From Mobula birostris (lineage: Eukaryota), in assembly GCF_030028105.1 (NCBI RefSeq), contig NC_092392.1, positions 40,099,628 to 40,163,627 on the forward strand: a stretch of 64,000 nucleotides of DNA, written 5' to 3'. This document shows, piece after piece, positions 28,166 through 40,840 of the stretch. The notes under the pieces are model-generated. The model saw nothing but the letters and a program-made list of their open reading frames with translations. It searched no databases and was not told the DNA's origin. A program made the position numbers and the translations under genes. The stretch's first letter is position 1. Every line of letters starts with the position of its first letter.

Positions 28166-31075
28166 AAGTTGCTAGAAAGTATGTGAATCCTTTGCAGTTA
28201 CCTGACTTTCTGCATTAATTGCTCATAAAATGTGACCTAATCTTCATCTAAGTCACAATATTAGACAAACACAATCGGCCTAAACTAATAAGAAACAATT
28301 ATACAACCTCTCATCAATACTGAGTACACACTTAAAACAATCACAGACTAGGATTCAAAAGTATGTGAATCTCTGGGGTAATGCCTTCTACAAAAGCTAT
28401 TTGAAGTCAGGTGTTCCAATCAATGAGATGAAATTGGAGGTGTGGGTTGTCGAGGTGCCCTTCCCTATATAAAAAAAACACACACAAAGTCCGATAGAGC
28501 CTGCTTTTCTCAAGAAAGATCTGGTTATATGCACCATGCCTCGATCAAAACAACTTTCAGAGGACCTTAGAAGAACTGTAGAGATGTATGAAGTTGGAAA
28601 AGGCTTCCAAAACATTTCTAAAGACCTGAGTGTTATCAGTCCATGGTAAGAGAAAATGTCTACAAATGGAGGAAATTCAGTACTGTTGCTACTCTCCCCA
28701 GGAGTGGGTGTTCTGTAAAGATCACACCAAGAACACAATTTGTAATGCTGAAGGAGGTGAAAAAAGAACCCAAGGGTAACAGCAAAAGACCTCCAGAAAT
28801 CTCTAGAACTTTGATCAAGTCTTTTTTCATGTGCCCACTATAAGAAAAGTACTGAATAAGAATGAAGTTCATGGAAGGACACCATGAAGGAAACCACTGC
28901 TCTTCAAAAAAAACATTGCTGCACATCTCAAGTTTGCAAAGACCACCTGGATGTTCCACAACGCTTCTGGGACAATGTTCTGTGGACAAGTGAGCCAAAA
29001 GTTGAAATTTTTGGCAGAAATACACACATCTATGGTTTGGAGGAAAAAGGGTACAGGTTTCCCCCGCCATCCGAAGGTAGAGCGTTCCTATGAAATGGTT
29101 TGTAAGCCTGAATGTCGTAAAGCGAAGAAGCAATTAGTATTTATTTATATGGGAAAAATTTGTGAGCGTTCGCAGACCCAAAAATAACCTACCAAATCAT
29201 GCCAAATAACACATAAAACCTAAAATAACAGTAACATATAGTAAAAGCAGGAACGATATGATAAATACACAGCCTATATAAAGTAGAAATACAGTACTTC
29301 TCCACAATCATTGCTGTACTGTCCACCAAAGCGAAAATCTCATGCAAGCGCTCTTGGCAATCACGGCACAAGCGTTGTCGGCAGAAAATCTCATGCAAGC
29401 GCTCTCAGCAGAAACACTCTCTCCAGTAACCTTTAAGCTATGAAGCTGCCAAATCATTCCAACTAACACGTAAAAATACACAGCCTACATAAAGTAGAAA
29501 TAATGTATGTACAGTGTAGTATCACTTACCGGAATCGGGAAGACAGCGCAGAGCACACTGATGATGGTGTGTTAGACTGAGTCGTCGGAGATTGGGGTGG
29601 TGCAGTGGCCCCCACCCTCCGGGCAGCGAACCGGTACCGATCCGTGAAACATGCAGGGGTACAGCGGTAGCTGGGAGGTACACAGCACATCTTTAAGAAA
29701 AAAGCCAAAATAAATATGCTAATTAATTAGGTGCCACCCAGCATGTAAATGTCGGCCCAGATCAGAGATGACACAGTCAGCAATCGTCTCTGATCTGGGT
29801 CGACAGTTACGTGCTGGGCAGCACTTAATTAATTAGCTTGTTTGTTTCGGTTTTTTTCTTAAAGATGTGCTGGGTGCTTCCCGGCTACCGCTGCATTCTC
29901 CGCGAATTGGTATCTGTCCGCGGCCCGTTCGCTACTGCATTCGGTTTCGATTGTTATCCTTTCCTCTTCCAATTGCATCAGCTCTTCATCTATCAATTCT
30001 TGGTCATAGGATGCCAAAACCTCTTCAACATCATCTTCGTCAACTTCCACAAGCCAAACTCACTCTGTCCTTACTTCGTTCACCACGATGGAAATGCTTA
30101 ATTATGTCTAGTTTTACGCTAAGTGTAACACCCGTATGAGCTCTTTTAGGCTTTTCCGATACTTTAGAACTCGTCTTGCTAACAGCTGCTCACAGGCACG
30201 TGTTTAAGCAATGCCAGCGAGCATGTTGTTCTGAATCCGGGGGAGAGCAGCTGCTCAGGGCGTGCGGTGCGCTGCTTTTTTATCGCGTGCTGCCTTTTTT
30301 CGTAACAGTGAAAACACTTTCTGTTAGCAAGAACAGGGAACTAATGTAGGTTTCGTAAAGCAAACATTCGAAAAGCGGGGGACACCTGTACTGCACACCA
30401 ACACACCACTGTGAAGTATGGTGGAAAGAGCATCATGGTTAAGACCTTCTTTGCTGCCTCAGACAGCTTGTAATTGTTGAAGGAACAATGAACTCAAAAA
30501 TTGTATCAAGACATTTAACAGAATCTCAGTCACTGAAGCTTAATAGAAGTTGGATGATGCAACAAGACAATGATCCAAAACATAAGAGTAAATCAACAAC
30601 AGAATGGTTTAAAAAGAAGAAAGTTCATGTTTTGGAATGACCAAGTCAGCGTCCAGAACTGAACACAGTTGAGATGCTGTGGCATGACCTGAAGATGGCT
30701 GTTCATGCAAGGCAGCCCAGAAATATTGATGAACTGAAACAATTTTGTGCGGAGTAAGGGTCTAAAATTCCACCTCAATGTTGTGCAAGTCTGATCAGCA
30801 GTTACAGGAAACGTTTGGTGGGGGTTATTGCCGCTAAAAGAGGCTCAATCGGTTATTAAATACAAGGGTTCACACTCTTTTTCTTGTCTGAACTGTGAAT
30901 GATTAAACAACGTATTCAATAAAGACATGAAAAGTACAATTGTTTGTGTGTTATTAGTTTAGACAGCTTGCGTTTGTCTATTATTGTGACTTGGATGAAG
31001 ATCAGACCACATTTTATGAGTAATTAATTGCGAAAACCAGCTAATTGCAAAGGGTTCACAAACCTTTTTGCAACT
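28166..31075 (+). mobile_element. Tc1-like transposon (decayed, interrupted by the Tigger element)
   Basis: MPRSKQLSEDLR..., FWDNVLWTSEPKVEIFG, WRKKGT|A..TVKYGG, QQDNDPKH, SQRPELNTVEMLW remnants; long imperfect TIRs with internal repeats. Confidence 0.88.
29054..30388 (-). mobile_element. Internally deleted Tigger/pogo-like DNA transposon nested in a Tc1
   Basis: TIRs CAGGTTTCCCCCGC/GCGGGGGACACCTG with TA TSD on both sides; VTLSVKLDIIKHFHRGERSKD joined to VEVDEDDVEEVLASYDQELIDEELMQLEEE. Confidence 0.9.
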
Positions 31076-31429
31076 AAATGCTCCAGATATAGCTGAGATT
31101 CTAATCTAATTGCTCCCATACAACAATGAGCAAAGAGCTGAATTACAAAGATGAAATGAGAATAACTGCCCTTGATATCATGATAGCATTTAATCGGATG
31201 TTGCATTAAGCAGTCCTGGTAAAACAGAAGTCAGTGAATATCAAGGGAAAAATACTTAAACAGTTGGAGTCATATTTTGCCAAAAGAAAGATGACTGGGT
31301 AAATTGAGAATGATTCACCTCCTGATATTCCAAAACCTTCATTATCTAGTAGAGACAAGGCAGGAGTGTAAAAGAATACTATGCATTTACCTCATTGCTG
31401 GAGATATAACCACGCTCAAGATCAAAAGC

Positions 31430-32882
31430 ATACAAAATTGCAAATGTTACTCTGCTATTTAAAGGTGGGAGGCAGCAGAAAGGAAACTACAGACTTGTTA
31501 GCCTGATATCAGTGGTTGGGAAGCTGTCGAAATCGATTGTTAGGGTTGAGATTATGGAGTACCTGGAGGCACATGACAGGATAGGCCAAAGCCAGCATGG
31601 TTTCCTGAAAGGAAAATCCTGCCTGACGAACCTACTGCAATTTTTTGAGGAAATTTCAAGCAGGGTAGACAAAGGAGAAGCAGTTGATGTGGTGTACTTG
31701 GATTTTCAGAAAGCCTTTGACAAGGTGCTGCACATGAGGCTGCTTAGCAAGATAAGAGCCTATGGAATTACAGGGAAGTTACTAGCATGGGTGGAGCATT
31801 GGCCAATCGGCAGAAAACAGAGAGTGGGAATAAAGGGATCCTATTCTGGCTGGCTACCAGTTACCAGTGGAGTTCCACAGGGGTCAGTGTTGGGACAGCT
31901 GCTTATTAATTTGTATGTCAATGATTTGGACTATGGGATTAATGGATTTGTGGCTAAATTTGCCGATGTTACAAAGATAGGTGGAGGAGCGGGTAGTGTT
32001 GAGGAAACAGAGAGCCTACAGAGACTTAGGTAGTTTAGGGGAATGGGCAAAGAAGTGGCAAATGAAATACAATGTTAGAAAGTGTATGGTCATGCACTTT
32101 GGTAGAAGAAATAAACTGCCAGACTATTATTTAGATGGGGAGAGAATTCAAAATGCAGAGATGCAAAGGGACTTGGGACTCCTTGTGCAGGATACCCTAA
32201 AGGTTAACCTCCAGGTTGAGTCGGTGGTGAAGAAGGCGAATGCAATGTTGGCATTCATTTGTAGAGGTATAGAATATAAGAGCAGGGATGTGATGTTGAG
32301 GCTCTATAAGGCACTCGCGAGACCACACTCGGGAGTATTGTGTGCAGTTTTGGGCTCCTTATTTTAGAAAGGATATACTGACATTGGAGAGGGTTCAGAG
32401 AAGATTCATGAAAATGATTCCAGGAATGAAAGGGTTACCGTATGAGGAATGTCTGGCAGCTCTTGGGCTGTATTTCCTGGAGTTCAGGAGAATGAGGGGG
32501 CATCTCATAGAAACATTCCAAATGTTAAAAGGCCTGAACGGATTAGATATGGCAGTTATTTCCCATGGTAGGGGAGTATAGGACAAGCGGGCACGACTTC
32601 AGGATTGAAGGATGTCCATTTAGAATAGATGCGGAGAAATTACTTTAGTCAGAGGGTGGTAAATCTGTGGAACTTGTTGCCATGAGCAGCTGTGGAGGCC
32701 AAGTCATTGGGTGCATTTAAGGCAGAGATAGATAGGTTCTTGATTAGCCAGGGCATCGAAGGGTATGCGGAGAAGGCAGGGAAGCAGTGATGACTGGAAG
32801 AATTGGATCAACCCATGATTGAATGACGGAGCAGACTTGATGGGCCAAATGGCCTACTCCTGCTCCTGTATCTTATGGTCTT
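31430..32882 (+). mobile_element. CR1-type LINE 3' half
   Basis: QHGFLKGKSCLTNLL, YLDFQKAFDKV, SGVPQGSVLG, FAD; tail ...TATCTTATGGTCTT. Confidence 0.92.
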
Positions 32883-33500
32883 AAAATAAAGCAACTTGCT
32901 TGACTGTGATCCCACCATACACTCTGAACACCAATTTCCTCAATCATTAACACAAAAGCGAATGTATATACCATCTACAAAATGCATTACAGTTACCTTG
33001 CCAGGCCATTCGAACAGCACCTCCCAAACCCACAACTCTATTAACCAGAGGATTATGACTTCTGGCGCATATGACTCGGCATTTATTTTCTAAGTCACAC
33101 ACTACCCTGGCTCGGAAATATACCGCCATTCCTTCACCATTCTTAGTCTAAATCTTGGAACTCCTCAGGAGCAATGTTGACTACATTCTAAACAATGAAT
33201 GAATAAAGAGCGGAGTGCAAAAATAATACTGGCCTTCATTGCATTGGGTCCAAAGTAGAAAAAGGAGCTTTGGTAAAACTATATCTGGAATTCCAGTCTC
33301 TGTATCAAAGAGATATTGCACTTTCCTTCAAATTGATTCAATGAAACAGAGAAAAATGGGAGCACTGATCTTGTGTCCTTTAAACCCATTCTTTCTCCCA
33401 AAACAACGAGCCTCCCAATTTCTCACATAATACAGCATTAGCCATTTTCTTACCCAATCATGAAAACATGACAAAATGATTAATCTTAAAATTAACTTAC

Positions 33501-33618
33501 CTTTGTGGACAACCACAGTTCAAATCAACACCATCTACAAATGGGGAAACTATGCGAGCAGCATCAGCTAAATCTTGTGAAGAATTAGCAGCAAACTGTA
33601 CAACAAGTGGCCGATCAC
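33501..33618 (-). CDS. DUS4L: DUS4L coding exon 3
   Basis: DRPLVVQFAANSSQDLADAARIVSPFVDGVDLNCGCPQ(R) includes the catalytic DLNCGCP motif; AG/GT; 118 nt. Confidence 0.96.
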
Positions 33619-34244
33619 CTGAGAAACAGAATGCAAGATTTGCTGTAGTAGAGCTCTCACCTTCAGTTGGTAACCTATACTGAAGAACTTCATCCTAGAA
33701 TACAGTGAGTTTTATAAACACAAAGGCCTTGTCATCAAAGAATTATAAATTACTAATATATCAAGTGTATTAACCAAACAGAACAAAATCATTTCTTGAA
33801 GAACTTGCTAATTAGATTTCTGAATATCAAGGGTTTTGCTAATTCAGGATACCATCGAGCAAAGATAGACTACAAGTATTTGATTGCCATTCAGCAACAT
33901 ACTGATCCAGGGAGAGTGGAGCATCAAACCCGTGTCATATCTTGCTAGTTCTCCTGGTAAAAAGCACGAGGCAGATGTAAGATCTAACTAAATAATAGTT
34001 TTCAAAGCAAACCAAAGCATTGACTACTGGGTGCAAAGCATTGCACGAAATATTGCTGGATGAAACAGAAAAATGCAGAACTCTTTGAATGTCTATCCTC
34101 TACACTAAATGTAAACATCTTCACCTGTGATAAATTACTGCAAACCTATGTTCATAAATGTTATCAATGAAGTACCTTTCATATTGCAAACTGTGCACAG
34201 GCTAATCTGTGACAATTTGTCACAAGGAGAAAATTTAAATTTAG

Positions 34245-34520
34245 TTTTAATTTATTTATTTATTGACATACAGCGTGGAATAGGCTCTTCCAGCCCTTCA
34301 AGTTGCGCCACCCAACAATCCCCAATTTAATCCCAGCCTAATCAAGGGACAGTTTACAACGACCAATTAATCTACCAACCAGTATGCCTTTCAAATATGG
34401 GAGGAAACGGCAGCACCCAGAGGAAACACGCAGTCACGGGGAGAACATACAAACTCCTTCGACAGGAATTGAACCCAGGTCACTGATACTGTAAACAATT
34501 GTGCTAACTGTGCCACCTAT
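34245..34520 (-). mobile_element. V-SINE (HE1-like)
   Basis: Reverse-complement V domain (GGGAGGAAACGGCAGCACCCAGAGGAAAC) and (TTTA)n tail. Confidence 0.7.
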
Positions 34521-34569
34521 ACCACCTTTCGGTTTATTCATAATATCCTACAGCCATCATTTTTAAGAA

Positions 34570-35420
34570 ATTAAGAGTCACCGAGTAAAACAGCATTGAA
34601 ACAGGCCCAACAGGTGTACTATCAACTACAATATACCCTCTGCTCATTATATTTGCCCATGTTTGGCCCATAACCTTCCAAGCCTCCTCTCCTCCATGTA
34701 CTTATCCAAATGCCTCTTAAATGTTGCAATTGTATCCATCTTGAGCATTTCTTCTGGCAGCTTATTGCAGGTACTCACTATCCACTGTCTCAAGAAGCTG
34801 CCTCTCAAGTCACTTTTAAATTTCTCCCCTCGTGTCTCCTATCTATGCCATCTAATTTTGGACTCCCCAACCTTGGGGAAAAAAGATTATGAGTATCCAT
34901 CTTATCCATGCCCCCCATGATGTTATAAACTTCGATGACATCACCCCTCATTCTCATATACTCCAAGAAATGAAGGTCCAGTGGAATTCATTGCCACAGA
35001 CAGTTGTGGAGGCCAAGTCAGTGGGTATGTTTAAAATGGACATTGTGTAAATTCTTGATTAGCCAGGGTGTCAAAGGTTTCAGGGAAAAGGTAGGAAAAT
35101 GGGGTTGTTTGGAATAATAAATCAGCAACGACCAAATGCCTGAATGCTCTAATTGTGGACAACCTCTCCTTCTTACTCAGAGCCTGAAGTCCAGGTCATG
35201 TCCTAATAAATCTCTTGTGCATCCTCTCCAGGTTGACAATGCCTTTCCTACAACAGGGTGAACAAAACTCTATACAGCACTCCAGGTGCAGCCTCACCAA
35301 AGATTTATATGGCTTTTACTCCTAAAATTGATGCCCTGACTGAAATCCAGCAGACTAAATACCCTCTTTGCCAACTTGTCTACTTATGCAACTACTTTCA
35401 GTGAACTGTGCGCTTGTACC
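34570..35420 (-). mobile_element. Old CR1-like LINE 3' fragment with an internal inverted piece
   Basis: Resembles the reverse complement of the CR1 3' ends in this window; ~34980-35150 is in the opposite orientation. Confidence 0.6.
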
Positions 35421-36928
35421 TCTGGATAGAATAGCCTCTGTTGTATATAGGCAAAAGCAACAATCAATTTCCATAACATAATCCAACAAACAACAACTTA
35501 AAAGTTAATTCAATTTGGTGATGTCGGTTGAGCAATAGACGTTAACTACACACCGCTTAGCTCTTCTTCAAACTGTGGCACATTATGTATTCCATCTACG
35601 TCTACAGGCAGGGAGGGTTTCCGTTTATATTTCACATCCAAAATATTGTTGTTGTTGTTCCTTTCCGCACCTCGTGGTGCACTGGGCAGCAGCCATGACA
35701 CTTCTCTAACATTTCCGTCTGTTTTTTTTTACAAGCTCAACGCTCAATCTAGCATGAATGGAAAGTGTGCAAGAAGCAGGTCAGATTCAAACCCGAGACA
35801 ACACGCCTCGAAGTCCAGTGCAGATGCCACTATTCCACCTGCCAGCATCCAAAATATGGCACCTCTGAAATTTATTTTCTCTGTAGAATGTCAACAAGTC
35901 AACATTAAGCAATAAATTCCCAATGTGACCTAGTGGAACAGGGATCTCCAAGCATAAAAAGTGATAAATGGCACTATAAATGTCAATGTGTTTCTTTGCA
36001 GGACTTCCCATAGTACCCAATCTTGCTGAGATTCCTACATTCCCTAGCATTTAAACAGGAGAATTGTCTCTCAAAATTTACACCAATGTAGGGTTCCAAA
36101 TGTTAACAACAAAAATGATCTAAAAATTATTAATGTATTTAGCTATCTTTCAAAGTAATTTAATAATATTAATATTAAAATATTATTCCACATTTAAAGG
36201 TTTCTGATTGTCAGAGGTGCTGTTGAACAAGTGTGTTAGCTTTAACATGTGGCAAAGTTGGGGACAAAACCTTGCTAGCCATTAAAATTTCCAAGGATTT
36301 TTGAGAAGAATGACCATCTAAACATATCATTCACAGCTCTACTTATTCTTAGGGTTTTATCACCGGACAGCTGCAAGCTCTCCACTAATATTCTAGCCTC
36401 TGCAACAGAATAAGGCAAGTTCAAACAGGAATAACTACAGACATTGACTGGGCAGTGAGATCGTGTGATATCTGCAGTATAGAAAAACAAGGGAAAAAAA
36501 TTGAAAATTGTGCCAAAATTAGTAGAACTCCAGAGAAAGAGGCTAAAATAACAAGCTAAATGTAGAGATACGGAATGTTATGCTTTTGAAGTTACCGACT
36601 TTTAGATGACATTCAACTGGAGGTCCCGTTATTTACCAAAAAAAGTACTACTTTTTAGAAGACAGTACAATTAACATCACCAAAACGATAATCTGTCCGA
36701 ATCACATTGTTTGTAATTATTTGGCTTGCGCAAATTGACTTTTGATCCCACATTATATAACAGCAATTGAATTTCGTCTTACGATTTTTAAAACACATTG
36801 TAATTACCAAGGTCATAAACGATACTAAATCAATCCAAGCTTTAGAAGACAAGAACTATACTGAACAAGTACGTGTAATTTTATTTTTCTTATCGTGATA
36901 TTACTGATGCAATCAGAAATATGCATAC

Positions 36929-37050
36929 CAAAATTTGTTGTGAACTCGCTGTCCCTCGCCTTGCCGGACTTCAGGAAGGCCGAAGCAATGATCATTGGTG
37001 TAAAGCACAGTTCACAATCATACCTTCTGACGAGAGAACGAAATGCCAGC
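36929..37050 (-). CDS. DUS4L: DUS4L coding exon 2
   Basis: LAFRSLVRRYDCELCFTPMIIASAFLKSGKARDSEFTTNF(G); AG/GT boundaries; 122 nt, phases consistent. Confidence 0.95.
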
Positions 37051-37344
37051 CTAAGGGTTAAATGTGAAGACGTGATCTTAAATATCTCATATCAATAACC
37101 AAAACGCATCGTCATAAAATGCGCACAAAATGCTGGAGGTACTCAGCAGGTCAGGCAGCATCCACGGAAAAGAATAAGCAGTCGACGATTCGGGCCGAGA
37201 CCCAATTCTTTTCCATAGAAGGTGACCGACTGGCTGGGTTCCTCCAGCGTTTTGTGCGTGTTGCTTTGGATTTCCAGCATCTTTCTCGGGTTTTCGTCAT
37301 TTAAAAAATCGCCTCAAAATTACTAGATCGTTGCCATCACTCAC

Positions 37345-37454
37345 TTAGAGTATCGCACCATGGGAGCACAAATCTTTACAACGTGGCCAGGCTGAAACAA
37401 ATCGACGAGGCATCTTCTTTGCAACGATTGAGAGGGTAAACGATCCCCGTTCAT
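37345..37454 (-). CDS. DUS4L: tRNA-dihydrouridine(20a/20b) synthase-like DUS4L, coding exon 1
   Basis: ATG at 37454; MNGDRLPSQSLQRRCLVDLFQPGHVVKICAPMVRYS(K) contains the DUS 'APMV' motif; donor GTGAGT at 37344; 110 nt. Confidence 0.92.
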
Positions 37455-37753
37455 GGATATTCTTCACAACGTCGGCTGAGCAAACCAGAACAGCTTGGGG
37501 AACGGTGTGTGGAGAACCTGACGCCACGATACCTTTCTTCAAGGATTGTCTCTTCAACCCGGTGGATCAGCCGCACGCGGCTTTACCCTCTGACCTCTGA
37601 CCTCCAGTGGGTCATGTCGCGCCCGCGCCCGCGCCCGCGCCCGCCCTCTTCGTTGCCAGCTGCTTTGTGACGGCCAACGGCAGCGCGAGCCCTGGGCGTC
37701 GCGTCACGGGCCCGGCATGCTGAGCGCGAGTCCGGGTGGGCGTGTTTGCCAAC
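37455..37753. promoter_or_regulatory. Bidirectional CpG-island promoter of DUS4L/COG5
   Basis: 299 bp between divergent ATGs; GC/CpG-rich; tandem (GCCCGC)n GC-boxes ~37619-37647; perfect DR1 TGACCTcTGACCT at 37591-37603. Confidence 0.85.
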
Positions 37754-37811
37754 ATGGACGGAAATGGAGCCGCTCTGGGGCAAGACTCGGTGAAAGAGCT
37801 GCTTTTGGATG
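37754..37811 (+). CDS. COG5: Conserved oligomeric Golgi complex subunit 5, coding exon 1
   Basis: Kozak-like GCCAACATGG; MDGNGAALGQDSVKELLLD(E); donor GTAAG at 37812; phase 1 matches exon 2. Confidence 0.88.
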
Positions 37812-40288
37812 GTAAGGGGCTGGTGGTCGATCGGGATTGTGTCCATTTAAAGCCGCTAATGAAAGACAGTTGAGGGCAGCGAGAACTGTTTTAGCATATC
37901 TTATTTATCCAGAAGTTCGCCTGATTTTTCATCCGTCATTGGAGAAGAATCAACTCTTGTGTTTTTGACTACTCATGATTTTATTTCCATTGTTCTTGAT
38001 GCTATGAATTAGAGCTGGTTGAGGAAATAAGTGTAAATAAATTGAATTTGCAGTTGCACATACGGTGTGCCATTTCTCTTTGCTGGAGTTGAGATGTCGA
38101 GACTACCTTTAACTATGAACATTTTAACATCTGTTAGACAACCAGCGCTGGCAGATTCTGAGTTGGAGAAAAATCCATCCTTAATGCTGTCACTTGATCT
38201 TACAGCTATAGGGATAGTCCACCCAATGCAAAGCTAGGCAAATCTTTTAGAAAATGTAAGGTAAACATCAATAACAAAATGAAGCTATGCGTAGCAAAAT
38301 GAACTCACATTTTAAAGTTTGATTATTTTAAGTTATTAACTAATCAAATCTGTAAAGCTGGTGGTGTTTCAATGATTTGTGCCTCTGAAGGAATTTTGTG
38401 TTTCATCTGGAATAGGGAGAATCAAAAGCTGCAGATATTTGGAAATCCACAATATATATATAAACGGGAATTGTGGGAAAGACTCAGCAGATCAGACAGC
38501 ATTCGTTAAAAGAAAAATAAGGGTTAATCTTTCAGATTGAAGATCTTTTGTCAGAATTGGTAGAAACAAGTCAAGTTCGTTTTAAATTGAAAAAGAATTT
38601 GGGAAGGGACAGATTGGAGAAAATGAATATGCCCAATAGGATGAGGTGAAATTTACTCTGGGGTAAATTCTTGCTGAGTAACTTGATGATAAACCGATGA
38701 GGGAAGATAAAAAGAATACAAAAGAACATGTACAAACTGTGAAATGCAGAGATGTAGGAAGTGCCCACCAAGTCAGAAAAGCAGCCTAGTATTAGTAAGT
38801 ATAAATGCAAACTACGTGAGTTTTCCTGCAACTATATCCAAACACATGCATTTCAGACAGTAGCAAGCATTTAAGGTGAGTGGGGTAACTTCAAAGATAT
38901 GTCGGGAAAAGTTTTTACAGAGTGGTGGGTACCTGGAAATGAGCTGCTAGGGATGGTGGTGGAAGCAAATACTATAGAGGTATTTAAGAGGTGAATGTGT
39001 GGAAAATGTAGGGATATTAAAAAATAAATTACGATAATATATATTTTAAAAATTAAGTAGTTTAAAATAAGAGGGGGAAAATAATGAGGTAGTGTTCATG
39101 GATTCATTGTCCATTCAGAAATCTGATGACTGAGGGAAAGAACCTGTTACTGAAACATTGAGTATGTGTCTTCTGTCTCTTGTACCACTACCTTGATGCT
39201 AGTAATGATAAGAGGCCATATCGCGAGTGATGGGGGTCCTTAATGAGGGATGCTGCTTTTTCGATGCATCACCTTTTGAAGGTGTCCTGGATGGTGCGGA
39301 GGATAGTGTCCATGATGGAACTGGTTGAGTTTGCAACTTCCTGCAGCTTTTTCTGATGCTGTGCAATGGCCACTCCATACCAGATGGTGATACAACCAAT
39401 TTGAATGTTGTCCACAGTAGATGTAGAAATTTGGTCGTACCAAGTCATCTCAAACTCCTTTCCACTGCTGATCCTTTGATGAGGACTGATGTGTGTACCC
39501 TTCACTGATTTCAAGGTTGTTGTTCTCACGAAACTCTCTGATCTTTCTCTCTCTTGTATGGCTCCTCATCACCATTTCAAATTCTGCCAACAATTGTTGT
39601 GTCGTGGGCAAATTTATAGATGGTGTTTGAGCTGTGCCTAGCTACACAGTTGTAGGTGTAGAGAAGTGGAGTGGTGGGCTAAGCATGCATCCTTGAGATG
39701 CGCCAATGTTGATTGTCAGCAAGGAAGAGATATTATTTCCAATATGCACTGACTGTGATATCCCAGTGAGGAAGTCAAGGAATCGAGTTGCAGAGGGAGG
39801 TATAGAGGACCAGGTTTTGGAGCTTGTTGATTAGAACCGAGGGTATGATTGTGTTGAATGCTGAGCTACAGTCAATAAGCAGCAGCCTGATGTATGTATT
39901 ACTATTATCCAGGTAATCCTAGACCGAATGGAGAGCCAGTGAGATTGCATCTGCTTTAGATGTATTGCAGCAGATTCAGGTCCTTGCTTAGACAAGAGTT
40001 GGTTCTAGCCATGACCAACCTCTCAAAGTACCTCATCGCAGTAGATGTGAGTGCCTCTGGACGATAGTCATTGAGATGGCTCACCCTGCTCTTCTTAGGC
40101 ACTGGTATGATAGTTACCCTTTTGAAATAGGTGGGAATCTCCGACAGCAGCAGTGAGAGATTGAAGATGTCTTTGAACACTTCCACCTGTTGGATGGCAC
40201 AGATTTTCAGTGCCCTACCAGGTAAATCATCAGGGCCTAATGCCTTGGGATGGTTCACCTTCTTTAAAGATGTTCTGATGTTGACCTC

Positions 40289-40840
40289 TGTTGTAGCATG
40301 GATGAAATTACTGGAGAGACAGAGTCACTGGTAGATACAAAGCAGCTTCTTTATTTGACACAACAAGATACAGCAGGCATCTTACGGACGGAGACGCTTT
40401 CCGCAGAAAGGTCTGCTAGCTCAATGTGGGCTCGATATTTATATGCTAAACACAAAGGCAATCGCTGCTTAAAAAGTTATAGACAATGCTTCCTATTGAA
40501 GCTACATACAAAATATCACACCATCCTTTCCTTCCGACACCAACATGTCTGGGTTGGTAACCACAGCCTTTCGGAATGTAAGTTAAGTCTATGGTACATT
40601 TATTTGGCATTTCCCGTGCTAACATAGAAGACAATTAATATTTATAATGTATAGATAATACTGTCTTCGAAACTACAGCATCAAGTCAAACTACGGCGCC
40701 CGAGGCATCTGGTATTCACACCTTTTAGGAAGCCCATTGTGGTGGACTCAATCCACAGTCCTTTGTCAAACAGTTAAAATAGAAGTCGGGTGGCCAAAAA
40801 GTGTAAACAAATCATCTACCCAAAAAAATTCACTCTAACA
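40289..40840 (-). repeat. 3' LTR
   Basis: Preceded on minus by the polypurine tract AAGAGGAGGGAC (40841-40852); TATA-like CATATAAAT near 40440; AATAAA at 40355-40350. Confidence 0.95.

Noticed and set aside
37583-37846. 87-aa minus-strand ORF over the promoter, and most other short ORFs in the track
   Set aside because: Chance ORFs in GC-rich or repeat-derived sequence, with no recognisable domains or splice support.
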